Source: a virus
Virus record (IMG/VR): IMGVR_UViG_3300045988_085908
DNA: 37,795 nt
Reading direction: 5' to 3' (one strand)
Shown: piece by piece, positions 29,401 through 37,795 of the stretch
How the letters are laid out: each line of letters opens with the position of its first letter
How positions within the stretch are numbered: the first letter of the stretch is position 1
Made by a program: the position numbers and the translations under genes
The notes under the pieces: model-generated
What the model was told of the DNA's origin: nothing
Seen by the model: the letters and a program-made list of their open reading frames with translations, nothing else
Databases searched by the model: none

Positions 29401-31604
29401 CCTGTCTTGCTCACTTCGCCGTCCGAAAGCTCAAAATCTTTGCTGTCTTTAAGATAGTTGCGCACCGTTTTTTCGCTCACACCAAGGTACTCAGAGAGCT
29501 CCTTAACGCTCGCCTTGCCGCCCTCGCCCACCGCTTCAAACGCCGTGTCAAGTGATGCTTCACGCTCTTTTTTGCGCTCCTGCGGGGTCTTCTTGCGTCC
29601 GAAATTCTGCTTCCATCCGGTGCCCTTCGGCGTGGCATTTTCAGCTTGCAGGTCGAGCAGGATGCCCGTTTCGTCCGCCCGGTGGATCGGATAATCGAAC
29701 CAAAAGTTCTTCGGCGCAAAGCGCGGAAACTCGCGCAGCGTGCCTTCTACACGCCATGCGGACTTTGCGTTTGCAGCTGTACGCGCCCTTGACACATCGC
29801 CGAGCATTAAGTTGTATGACGCTTCCCGCAGGTGCTTTTTGCACAGCGCCATCATCTGCGTCGCGCTCAGTCGGTCATCGTCTCCGGCTTCGTCCGCCTT
29901 GCGGTAGCGTGTCAGCCAGTCGAGGCACACGGCGCACACCGCGCGGTTCTCCTGCTGCTCCTTGATGCCGTCGGTCAGCTCCAGCTCGATAAGGTCGATA
30001 AGCGCATCCGGATCGCGCGCAAACACACCGGAGCCGGACGCACGGTCCATGCTCTTTTTGCCGCCCTGCCCGCCTTTTGAATGGTGGTGGCAGTAGATCA
30101 CGGCGCAGCCAAGCTCCGTGCACACCTTGTCGAACTGGTTGCAGAAATGCGCCATCTGGTCGGCGCTGTTCTCGTCGCCGGTGATGACCTTGTAAATCGG
30201 GTCAATGACGATCGCCATGTAGCTCTTTTTTGCGGCGCGGCGAATAAGTTTCGGCGCGAGCTTATCCATCGGTACGCTGCGCCCGCGCAGGTTCCAGATG
30301 TCGATGCGGTCGATGTGTTCCGGCGTAAAGCCGAGCGCCGTGTAAACGTCGCGGAAGCGATGCAGGCAGGACGCACGGTCTAACTCAAGGTTTACGTATA
30401 GCACGCGTCCCGCCGTGCAGGGAAACGAAAGCCACGGCTTCCCCTCTGCGATACAGCAGCACAGCTCGATGAGCAAATACGATTTGCCCGCCTTACTGGG
30501 GCCCGCCACGAGCATCTTGTGCCCCTGCCGCAGCACGCCTTCAATAAGCGGCGGCGCAAGCGCCGGCAGGTCGTCAAAGAATGTTGAAAGGTTTTCTTCG
30601 TCCGGCAGATCGTCGTTGACGCTCTCAATCCAGTCGCGCCATTCTTCAAACGAGCTTTTGCCGATGTTCGTATCGACCAAAAACTGCTTGTGCTCCCCGC
30701 GCACCACGCCGGGCATACGCGAAAGCCGTGAAGGATTGCGGTTCTGCTTATCGATGTCCAGTCCGTTTTTTGCACAGACCTTGTAGAGATAATCGACGCG
30801 TGCGCGGTATTCCTCATAGCTGCCCGCATCAACGCGCACAATCGCGTGCAGACTCTTGCCGCCGCTGTACACAAGGCAGGCGACCGGCAGCTCCAATTCA
30901 CGTATGACGGCGTTCTGGCTCGCGATATCCATGCTGTCGGATTCAACAAGCGCATAGCGGTATTCCGTGATATTCTCGTTTTTCACACCCTTGCCGTCTA
31001 AGGGATTGAAGCGGATCCACGCACCGACGGCGGGGTTATAGTCGCCAAGCACCGCACCGAGGTCGTCGCCGCATTTATACAGCGCGCTGCATAATTCGCC
31101 TGCCGTTTGCGTGTAGCTGCCGCTTTTCGGCATGTACTTGCCGTCTTTCTCCCAGCTCTCGGTGACATAGCCCACCGTGTCCGTGCTGTCAAACAGCGTT
31201 TCGAGATACCGTATCAGCTCGGCGGCAGGCTTCCACTTTTCCGGCTCGTGAATGTCCTGCGCTTCAATCCAGTTCTTGTCCACCACAACAAATTCATCAT
31301 GACGGTCGATCGTGTCGTTCCAATCGAGCTCATGGTCTGCTTTTGCGGGCTTGTAGCCGTTATCCAGCGCCATTTTGACGAGCGTCCCGGCGGTGATGCC
31401 TGTACCCGTAAACGTGTCCCATTTGCGCTCACATTCGCCCGGATGATACCGCTTTAAATCTCGGCGGCTCCAGGCATCCCAGTCCGAAGCCTTGTACCCC
31501 GCGTCCTTGAGCGCCATGCCGATGCCTGTCCAATCCGTATAATCGAGCAGAGAGGGGTCGATATAGTCGAGCAGCTCCAAGAGGTTCTCGTTGTTATACT
31601 CCAT
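29382..31604 (-). CDS. Primase-helicase (PriCT-like N-terminus, prim-pol-like core, RecA/AAA_25-like ATPase, C-terminal HTH)
   Basis: DWTGIGMALKDAGY...WDAWS...ECERKWDTF at the N-terminus. LVYSGGKSLHAIVRV in the core. Walker A GPSKAGKS. 740 aa. Confidence 0.8.
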   Translation of the reverse strand: MEYNNENLLELLDYIDPSLLDYTDWTGIGMALKDAGYKASDWDAWSRRDLKRYHPGECERKWDTFTGTGITAGTLVKMALDNGYKPAKADHELDWNDTIDRHDEFVVVDKNWIEAQDIHEPEKWKPAAELIRYLETLFDSTDTVGYVTESWEKDGKYMPKSGSYTQTAGELCSALYKCGDDLGAVLGDYNPAVGAWIRFNPLDGKGVKNENITEYRYALVESDSMDIASQNAVIRELELPVACLVYSGGKSLHAIVRVDAGSYEEYRARVDYLYKVCAKNGLDIDKQNRNPSRLSRMPGVVRGEHKQFLVDTNIGKSSFEEWRDWIESVNDDLPDEENLSTFFDDLPALAPPLIEGVLRQGHKMLVAGPSKAGKSYLLIELCCCIAEGKPWLSFPCTAGRVLYVNLELDRASCLHRFRDVYTALGFTPEHIDRIDIWNLRGRSVPMDKLAPKLIRRAAKKSYMAIVIDPIYKVITGDENSADQMAHFCNQFDKVCTELGCAVIYCHHHSKGGQGGKKSMDRASGSGVFARDPDALIDLIELELTDGIKEQQENRAVCAVCLDWLTRYRKADEAGDDDRLSATQMMALCKKHLREASYNLMLGDVSRARTAANAKSAWRVEGTLREFPRFAPKNFWFDYPIHRADETGILLDLQAENATPKGTGWKQNFGRKKTPQERKKEREASLDTAFEAVGEGGKASVKELSEYLGVSEKTVRNYLKDSKDFELSDGEVSKTGKGKYR

Positions 31605-33191
31605 TTACGCCTCCGGTCTGAAGCTTTTCGGGTCAATGCCGTACGGCGTGCGCCAGTTGTTCGCGGCGATGCGGTCGATCATGCTGCGGGCGGTCTCGAA
31701 CGACCATGTACCCACGTGCTGAAATCCGCGCCCCTCGAGGAATCGTATTTGCTTTGGCGTCGTCAGTCCTGCCGTGCGGCGCTTTTCGAGCTTATCGAGG
31801 ATCTTCGCCGCCTTGCCTGCGTTGCCGATCTCATCGGGGAAAATGCCGAACTTTTGAAGCGCCGAGATTTGCTTTTCGCTCGGCGGCGACATCTCCCACC
31901 CGAACGCCGGCACATAGCCGGAAAGGTCTTCCGCTTGAATGGACATTTCAAATTGCAGCGGATCCACAAGCCTTTTCTTGCGGCTGCGCATCTCGTTAAG
32001 CTGCTTTGCAAGCGCTTCTTCGCGCTGCGCTACAACGTCCTCGGATGCCGTTTTCTCCGCTTCTTCAAGGTCAACGGGTGCGCCTGTGGTTTCTTCCATG
32101 TTGCGCGTCATCTGCTGCGCGACTTCTTCATTTTCGCAGATGAGGTTCGCGGGGTGGCAAAGCTCGTGGCGTTCCGTGTGCCAGAGAAAATCCAGTAAAA
32201 GCAGGTGGTCTTTGCCGGGGTATAATCGCGTGCCCCTGCCCACCATTTGGCTGTATAAGCTGCGCACCTTCGTCGGACGCAGCACCACTACACAGTCTAC
32301 GCTCGGGCAGTCCCAACCTTCGGTCAAGAGCATACTGTTGCACAGCACGTTATAATCGCCGCGATCAAACTGCTCCAGTATCTCCGCGCGGTCTGTGCTC
32401 TCACCGTTGACCTCTGCCGCACAAAAACCACGCTCGTTCAGAATATCCCGGAACTTCTGCGAGGTCTTCACAAGCGGCAGAAACACGACCGTTTTGCGGT
32501 CTCTGCAATACTTCATCATCTCGTCCGCAATGCCATATAAATACGGGTCAAGCGCTGTGCCGAGGTCGGCGGCTTTGTAGTCGCCTGCTTGTACCGATAC
32601 GCCGGAAAGGTCGAGCTTCAGCGGCACGGTCAGCGCCTTGATCGGCGTGAGGTAGCCCTCCTTGATCGCTTTCGGCAGCGTGTATTCATAGGCGAGTGAC
32701 TGAAACACCGCGCCTAAATTTTTCATGTCTCCCCTGTCCGGCGTTGCCGTCACGCCGAGCACCTTTGCGGTACTGAAATGGTCCAGTACGCGCCGGTAGC
32801 TGTCCGAGATGCAGTGGTGCGCCTCATCGATGATGATCTTGTCAAAATAGTCGTAGTCGAACCCCGCAAGGCGTTTTTCGCGCATCAGGGTCTGTACGGA
32901 CCCCACGACGATGCGGTACCAACTGCCGAGGCAGCTTTCCTGCGCTTTTTCCGTCGCGCACAAAAGCCCTGTTGCCGCGCGAATCTTGTCTGCCGCCTGT
33001 TCAAGCAGCTCCCCTCTGTGTGCCAGAATCAGCACGCGGTCGCCGTCCCGCACGCTGTCCTCGGCGATCTTTGCAAAGACAATCGTTTTTCCGCAGCCGG
33101 TCGGCAAAACAAGCAGCGTGCGATCCACGCCGCACGCCCACTCATTTTCAACTGCCTGCCTTGCCTCCTGCTGATATGGTCTCAGCTCCAT
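31605..33191 (-). CDS. SF2 DEAD/DEAH-box DNA helicase
   Basis: Motif I PTGCGKT, motif II IIDEAHH, later TEGWD and VGRGTR motifs. Confidence 0.9.
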   Translation of the reverse strand: MELRPYQQEARQAVENEWACGVDRTLLVLPTGCGKTIVFAKIAEDSVRDGDRVLILAHRGELLEQAADKIRAATGLLCATEKAQESCLGSWYRIVVGSVQTLMREKRLAGFDYDYFDKIIIDEAHHCISDSYRRVLDHFSTAKVLGVTATPDRGDMKNLGAVFQSLAYEYTLPKAIKEGYLTPIKALTVPLKLDLSGVSVQAGDYKAADLGTALDPYLYGIADEMMKYCRDRKTVVFLPLVKTSQKFRDILNERGFCAAEVNGESTDRAEILEQFDRGDYNVLCNSMLLTEGWDCPSVDCVVVLRPTKVRSLYSQMVGRGTRLYPGKDHLLLLDFLWHTERHELCHPANLICENEEVAQQMTRNMEETTGAPVDLEEAEKTASEDVVAQREEALAKQLNEMRSRKKRLVDPLQFEMSIQAEDLSGYVPAFGWEMSPPSEKQISALQKFGIFPDEIGNAGKAAKILDKLEKRRTAGLTTPKQIRFLEGRGFQHVGTWSFETARSMIDRIAANNWRTPYGIDPKSFRPEA

Positions 33192-33661
33192 CAGAAGTCA
33201 CCCGGTGTAAAGCTCGGTGTCGGCGCGGCGGGTGCCGTTTCCGGGTCTAAAAAGCGCGTTACCTCGTTTGATTCGTGTTCTTGGTTGTCCTTTTCGCTTG
33301 TCCATTTGCGGATGCCGATATGCGCGCGGCCGCGTGCACCGGGTACGGCAGCCCAGTTCATCTTGAGCGGCTGCCCGTGCTTGCGCTGCCCGATGCACGT
33401 GAAGAACGCGCACAGAAAGCCCTCGCAGCGCGTGTGCAGCAAAAGGTTGTGCTGCACGGTGACCACGCCCTCGGGCGTCACCACGTCAAGGTCTAAGATT
33501 GCCTTCGGGCAGGGTCCGATCTTCGCACCGCCGTTATACCGTGCGCGGGTCAGTTTGCTTACGGTAAAGCTGTAATCGCCCTCCGGGATAATTCTGAAAT
33601 TGCTTTCGTTTTCTATGGTGTCTTCCCAGTCCATTGCTCTTTCGTTCGTTGTGTTTGCCAT
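33191..33661 (-). CDS. DUF669-like phage protein
   Basis: Start at the ATG at 33661, after AAGGAGA. The N-terminus reads MDWEDTIENES..IIPEGDYSF. Its position between Sak4-like and helicase genes is typical of this family, from memory. Confidence 0.6.
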   Translation of the reverse strand: MANTTNERAMDWEDTIENESNFRIIPEGDYSFTVSKLTRARYNGGAKIGPCPKAILDLDVVTPEGVVTVQHNLLLHTRCEGFLCAFFTCIGQRKHGQPLKMNWAAVPGARGRAHIGIRKWTSEKDNQEHESNEVTRFLDPETAPAAPTPSFTPGDF

Positions 33662-33674
33662 GATCTGTTTCTCC

Positions 33675-34724
33675 TTATACGTCAAACGGTAAATCTCTGT
33701 TGCTGCGGATCACTGAAAATACTTTCGGCCATGCGCCGATCAGCACGCCCTGCACGAACGCAGGGTCATAGCTCGAGATCGGCGTGTCTTCGGGATAATA
33801 GCCCTTCTGCCCGATCGCCATTTGAATTTCCTCTGCGGTCACGTGCTCCGGACGCATGAGGTCTGCAAGTGCTTTCGGCACGTAAGACGGAATGCTGTAC
33901 GCTTCTTCCGCTGCCGGTGTTTCATCTAAAGCGGCGTTCATCTGCTGCATCGGTACGGCTGTGCCGGTCGGTGTCGGTTGCGCTGCCTGTCCCGGCTTGC
34001 CGCCGATGCACTGCGCAATCTGCGCGTACTCAAACGGCAGCTCATTCGCCAGACCGAAACGGTTCTTCGCATCCCAGCACGGGTGGTGAGACGTGTACAT
34101 GACGCGCTTGCCGCCCTGTGCCTTGAACTTCTGCCCTTTGTCGTCCGTCTGCACGGCGAACGTCTTGTAGTTTGCGAACAGCACCATGTCCGCCCATTCT
34201 TTGACGAGCGGCGAGATCTGGCTGCCGGTCTTCTTGCCGAGCTTCATCTCGTAGCGGTCATACGCCCCCATTTCGTCCGGCTGTTCAAATTTGCGCATCT
34301 GTGCGTGCGCGGTCAGCACGACGTGTACGCCCGCCTGCACGATTTCCTCCAGGCTGTTGAGAAACCGCCCGAATTCCTCTTTTTCGTATACATAGCCGTT
34401 ACCGTAGCCGAAGTCTTCAATGCCCTTCTTCTGGTATCGGCTGCAAATATCGTCGATGCACAGCTGCTCCGCCCAGTCGATCGTATCGATGATGAGCGCG
34501 CCGCACACCTGCGGGTTCTGCTTGACGTATGTAAGCTCCTGCCGCAGCATCTCCCAGCTTGTGGGCTTGTCCATGCGGCGCACGTCCATATATTTCGTAC
34601 TGCCCTCGGTGTCGATGAACAGCGGGTTCGGGAACTGCGCGGCAAAAGTCGATTTACCGATGCCCTCCGGCCCGTAAATGACGACTTTTTTCGCCGATTC
34701 GATTTTGCCCGATGTGATATTCAT
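33675..34724 (-). CDS. Sak4-like RecA-fold ATPase (AAA_24), recombination/annealing module
   Basis: Walker A YGPEGIGKST. The start ATG shares one base with the upstream stop. 349 aa. Confidence 0.8.
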   Translation of the reverse strand: MNITSGKIESAKKVVIYGPEGIGKSTFAAQFPNPLFIDTEGSTKYMDVRRMDKPTSWEMLRQELTYVKQNPQVCGALIIDTIDWAEQLCIDDICSRYQKKGIEDFGYGNGYVYEKEEFGRFLNSLEEIVQAGVHVVLTAHAQMRKFEQPDEMGAYDRYEMKLGKKTGSQISPLVKEWADMVLFANYKTFAVQTDDKGQKFKAQGGKRVMYTSHHPCWDAKNRFGLANELPFEYAQIAQCIGGKPGQAAQPTPTGTAVPMQQMNAALDETPAAEEAYSIPSYVPKALADLMRPEHVTAEEIQMAIGQKGYYPEDTPISSYDPAFVQGVLIGAWPKVFSVIRSNRDLPFDV

Positions 34725-36001
34725 TAGAATTCTCCTGCCTTCCATTCTTTTTTCTGCGGCACTTCGCCCTTGACATAGCCGTCTTCAATGATGATCGAGC
34801 ACTCGCCGCCGGTGCTGACACGCGTCGCGATCGCCTGCAAGCCCTCCTGCTCAAGCCATGTGCCGAAGTCCTGTAAGGTCTCCGTGTCCATCTGTTCAAG
34901 CTTATCGATAAGCACAAACCCGCAGTTCGGGTTCAGCTTGCGCACAATCGCGGTCGAGACCTTGAGCTGCTCGCTGCCGCTCATGCTGTCCCATCGGTGC
35001 CCGTTGTACGTCAGCTCGCCGTTTTCCACGGATAAGCCCGGCAAAGGCAGCGACGCATTTTTCAGCAGGTCAATCTTTTTCTGCCGCACGTCGTTCAGCT
35101 TTGCGGTCATGGTATCGTACTCGGCGCGGTGCGCGTCCGCATCTTCCTCGGCTTTCTCTTTATTGAGGTTCGTGCGCACCTTTTCGTTGATGACCTCAAT
35201 GTCGCGGATATTCTGCTCGAGCTCTGCGGTCGATTCATCGTGCAGATCTTCCGCGCTTTTCAGCGCACATTCCAGGTCACGTTCGGTCTTTGCAAGCTGC
35301 TGACTGTACCTTGCAAGCTCTGCGCGCAGGTCTTCTACTTTCTTCGTCAAGCGTTTATGTTCTTCACTGATTAAAGTGACATTCATGCGTTTACGCTGGT
35401 TCTCACCGTTCTTCGCGAGGATCTCCTGCTGCGCCCGGATGAGCTCACTTGCGGAAATCGGCTCCTTCGGTGCATCCGGGTAATACGGCATCTCTTTCGC
35501 AAACTTCGCTTTCTGGTCGGCAATCTGCCCGATTGCACGGCGGCGGTTGTAGAGGTCGTTTTCCTGCACCTCGAGCTCCTTGAGCTGCGGGCCTACGCCG
35601 ATGATCTTCAAAAGCACCTCGGCTTTCTCGCGCGAAGACGCTTCCATAAATTTCGGCAGATCAATCGCGAGTTCTTCCACGAACTTGTTCAAGAGCTGCT
35701 GGCCGGCGCGCTTGCCGGTCGGGTCCGTGACCTTGAGGTCGCTGTTTTTGCCCTTGCGCTCCACCTCAAGCCCGTTACTCATGACAATATGTAAGTGCGG
35801 TGGGATCACCGACCCCTCTCTTACAGCCTGTGACGGACGGTAGCGGTCGCCGCCCAGCGCCCAGGCGATACTGTCCAGCACGGAGGTTTTGCCCTGGTTG
35901 TTGCGTCCGCCGATGATTGTCAGCCCGTTTTCGGACGGCTCAATCTTCACGGCCTTGACGCGCTTCACGTTCTCAATTTCGAGCTTGTTGATCTTCATCA
36001 T
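34724..36001 (-). CDS. SMC/SbcC/RecF-like coiled-coil ATPase
   Basis: The N-terminus KINKLEIENVKRVKAV..., GGRNNQGKTS, is a Walker A. A long coiled coil follows, with a C-terminal signature/Walker B region. Confidence 0.8.
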   Translation of the reverse strand: MMKINKLEIENVKRVKAVKIEPSENGLTIIGGRNNQGKTSVLDSIAWALGGDRYRPSQAVREGSVIPPHLHIVMSNGLEVERKGKNSDLKVTDPTGKRAGQQLLNKFVEELAIDLPKFMEASSREKAEVLLKIIGVGPQLKELEVQENDLYNRRRAIGQIADQKAKFAKEMPYYPDAPKEPISASELIRAQQEILAKNGENQRKRMNVTLISEEHKRLTKKVEDLRAELARYSQQLAKTERDLECALKSAEDLHDESTAELEQNIRDIEVINEKVRTNLNKEKAEEDADAHRAEYDTMTAKLNDVRQKKIDLLKNASLPLPGLSVENGELTYNGHRWDSMSGSEQLKVSTAIVRKLNPNCGFVLIDKLEQMDTETLQDFGTWLEQEGLQAIATRVSTGGECSIIIEDGYVKGEVPQKKEWKAGEF

Positions 36002-36237
36002 TTCTTCAACACCTCATTCACGACTGTCTGCTGCTCGATGGTGACGTGATCCGCAGCATACTTAATCATCTCGCTCGCAATTTGCGTCAAAGAGATGTTC
36101 GTGTCCATGTAGATCTTCTCGATGATCTCAATCGCTTCGTCGGTCAGGCGGATACGGTTCTGTGCATCGATATGCGCCTTCGGTGCGATTTTTGTGAATA
36201 CCAGCTTATCGTTTTTTACAGTTGTACGCTTTGTCAT
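35998..36237 (-). CDS. Hypothetical early protein, 79 aa
   Basis: AAGGAGGAG SD, tightly packed in the early operon. Confidence 0.65.
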   Translation of the reverse strand: MTKRTTVKNDKLVFTKIAPKAHIDAQNRIRLTDEAIEIIEKIYMDTNISLTQIASEMIKYAADHVTIEQQTVVNEVLKK

Positions 36238-36238
36238 G

Positions 36239-36724
36239 TTAAAACTCCTCCTTGAGCACGCGGCGAATGGCGTGGTTTCTGGCCTTATTTTCGATTTCTG
36301 TCAGCTTATCGGTCGAAAGCTTTTGCTTCTGAGCCATGTAATAAATTACGGATACAACCGCGCCGTACACGGCAGTTAAATCATCTCCGAGTTTAATATT
36401 CGCGGTTACGTCGACGCCGCCGTCCGGGTTTTGCTCTGCGAGCAAGAAAGACCCCTTGACATTCTCAAGAATTTTGTCTATACTCAAATCAGAGTGTTTA
36501 TCCGACTCTTTCGCCGTTTCGACTGCTGCAACAGCCGAAGCGGCATTTTTCTTTTGAATGAGCTTTTCGTAAAGGCTCTGGGCGTCGTCGCGCAAGCTCT
36601 CGATATCGATAGAGAGGTCGCTGTACAGCTCCGTTTCTTCGCTGTTATCCGCGACGTTCATCGCCGCTTTCAACGCGTCTGCCATGCCGTCGAAGGCGGC
36701 TTCTACTTTGTGATACAGGTTCAT
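36239..36724 (-). CDS. Hypothetical early protein, 161 aa, acidic
   Basis: ATGA overlap with the upstream gene. SDLSID occurs twice in the protein. Confidence 0.65.
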   Translation of the reverse strand: MNLYHKVEAAFDGMADALKAAMNVADNSEETELYSDLSIDIESLRDDAQSLYEKLIQKKNAASAVAAVETAKESDKHSDLSIDKILENVKGSFLLAEQNPDGGVDVTANIKLGDDLTAVYGAVVSVIYYMAQKQKLSTDKLTEIENKARNHAIRRVLKEEF

Positions 36725-36906
36725 GCGTTTCTTTCCTTTCTTTTTCTGTACTCATTGATGTTCACGATATTCCCGCACGACCGTGCGGCTTTTCTTTTCC
36801 TGCGCTGCGCGGCGACGAGCCGGTCGATAACGATCTGGAGCCCGAGCACGGACCCCATGACCGCCCCGATCAGCATCGCAAAGCCGAGCAGCTTGACTAA
36901 GATCAT
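36721..36906 (-). CDS. Small membrane protein, 61 aa
   Basis: GGAAGGAAG SD. N-terminal TM helix followed by a basic tail. Confidence 0.6.
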   Translation of the reverse strand: MILVKLLGFAMLIGAVMGSVLGLQIVIDRLVAAQRRKRKAARSCGNIVNINEYRKRKERNA

Positions 36907-36928
36907 GCTTTACACTTCCTTCCAGAAT

Positions 36929-37171
36929 CTAAATCTTCGGGTGGGTCACGCGGGTCCTGCCGTAGCCTTCCGGCTTCTCGCCCCAGTCAAAGTTTGTCAG
37001 ATGCAGGCCGTAAGTCTTGCGCCACATCATGTCCAGCGCCGCTTCCACGCATCTGCGGTTCTGCGCCACCTGCTCCGGCGTCTCGTCTAAGTATCGTACA
37101 ATCACCGTCGGCGTGCCGAGGTCGCGCTCCTTGCGTATTTTAGGGGCTTTCTTCGCGGTCGTTTCTTTCAT
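36929..37171 (-). CDS. Hypothetical early protein, 80 aa
   Basis: Start moved to the ATG at 37171, after AGAGGTGA. The longer track ORF extension looks non-coding. Confidence 0.6.
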   Translation of the reverse strand: MKETTAKKAPKIRKERDLGTPTVIVRYLDETPEQVAQNRRCVEAALDMMWRKTYGLHLTNFDWGEKPEGYGRTRVTHPKI

Positions 37172-37343
37172 GGAAATCACCTCTTTTCTTTTTATGCGGT
37201 GTCGGTTTGTCCATATCCCGCAGCCCTCCCACCTGCCGCCCCGTTCAATGACAAGAAAACAATCACTTCGGCGCAAACAAAATGAAATCATGGGAGGTAA
37301 GTTCCGGGCGGCATGGGGCAAGGCTGCGGGGCGGGTTATCGGA

Positions 37344-37430
37344 TTACAGTAGCTTTCTCAAAATCAGTTTGATAAGGAATGTTAAAGCTATGTAGCCGAG
37401 CATCTCTAAAAAGTCATCCGTTTTTCTCAT
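37344..37430 (-). CDS. Possible 28-codon hydrophobic peptide ORF
   Basis: The minus strand reads MRKTDDFLEMLGYIALTFLIKLILRKLL. Only a weak SD (GAAAGAAG) abuts the ATG. Confidence 0.2.
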   Translation of the reverse strand: MRKTDDFLEMLGYIALTFLIKLILRKLL

Positions 37431-37456
37431 CTTCTTTCTAAAACATTCTTTATGTC

Positions 37457-37485
37457 TTGTATTTCTCTCCTTTGCGCTATATACT
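37457..37485 (+). promoter_or_regulatory. Promoter of the DUF4145-like gene
   Basis: TTGTAT, 17 nt, TATACT, then AAAGGAGGTGA SD and ATG at 37513. Confidence 0.5.
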
Positions 37486-37512
37486 GAATGTATCGAAAGG
37501 AGGTGAAACCTC

Positions 37513-37795
37513 ATGTATGAAACAGTTGAATGTCAATATTTGCAAACCGGTGATACTGTTTACGCTTCTTTAGAACTTCCTCGAACTTGCCCGCATTGCA
37601 ACGCAGGTTATGCTGGTAAAACTACTTCTGCGTCGGCGTTGAATTTAGATTCTAATGTAATAGCTGCATCTCATTTTTGCCCAGCTTGTTCAGAATATTT
37701 TTTTGCAACATATTGGTTTTTTTCACCTAATGAACGTTCCCGACTTAAAAGCATATATCCAACTGCAAATTTTAAGCCTACAACTTTCAGTGATC
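37513..37795 (+). CDS. N-terminal part of the zinc-ribbon/DUF4145-like protein (continues at base 100 of the window)
   Basis: AAAGGAGGTGA SD. CPHC ... CPAC forms a zinc ribbon. The ORF runs off the window end inside the terminal repeat. Confidence 0.7.
   Translation, partial: MYETVECQYLQTGDTVYASLELPRTCPHCNAGYAGKTTSASALNLDSNVIAASHFCPACSEYFFATYWFFSPNERSRLKSIYPTANFKPTTFSD
37697..37795. repeat. Terminal direct repeat copy 2
   Basis: Identical to 1-99. Confidence 0.9.

Noticed and set aside
36929-37321. The 130-codon version of the first early ORF
   Set aside because: The N-terminal 50 codons lack an SD and look non-coding. An internal ATG at 37171 has an AGAGGTGA SD, so the short form is annotated.
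37697-37795. The terminal 99-bp direct repeats considered as attL/attR of an integrated prophage
   Set aside because: The integrase is a serine recombinase, which uses very short cores. An ORF reads through the repeat in frame. No host-like flanking genes are present.
1-37795. tRNA, rRNA and CRISPR arrays
   Set aside because: I saw no cloverleaf-like segments, no rRNA-like stretches, and no regularly spaced repeat-spacer arrays on either strand. This was an eye scan only, so a tRNA scan would be needed to be certain.

Overview
The window is a complete, circularly closed temperate siphovirus-type phage genome. Bases 1-99 are identical to 37697-37795, giving a unit length of 37,696 bp, and one ORF reads straight across the junction. 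The backbone is GC-rich and looks like a Clostridia-type prophage.

Almost all genes lie on the minus strand in one long early-to-late direction:
- Early genes: a cro-like XRE gene behind a consensus promoter, then small early ORFs.
- Recombination and replication: SMC/SbcC-like ATPase, Sak4-like ATPase, DUF669-like protein, SF2 helicase, PriCT/prim-pol/RecA-like primase-helicase, an iteron-rich ori candidate and RusA.
- An orphan C5 methyltransferase and a late-regulator candidate.
- Head: terS, a PBSX-type terL, an SPP1-like portal, a MuF/gp7 protein with an HExxH C-terminal module, scaffold, major capsid and connectors.
- Tail and lysis: major tail protein, chaperones, a 1249-aa tape measure, Dit, Tal, a DUF859/pyocin-knob fibre, a Tfa-like protein, holin and an amidase endolysin.

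The plus strand carries the lysogeny-side genes: a large serine integrase with a palindromic attP candidate just upstream, an autocleavable S24 CI-like repressor followed by two co-transcribed orphan genes, a membrane-anchored orphan with its own promoter, and a zinc-ribbon/DUF4145-like gene. All of these except int sit in a visibly AT-rich island of about 4 kb (about 37350 through the junction to about 3650).

The best candidates for an undescribed system are:
- The repressor-linked two-gene cassette at 2408-3270.
- The antisense-embedded DUF4145-like gene.
- A 182-codon ORF with its own SD and its own family-like motifs, overprinted inside the methyltransferase gene.
- The MuF-HExxH module with a translationally coupled small gene.

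All functional calls rest on motif reading, gene order and memory of protein families. No searches were run.
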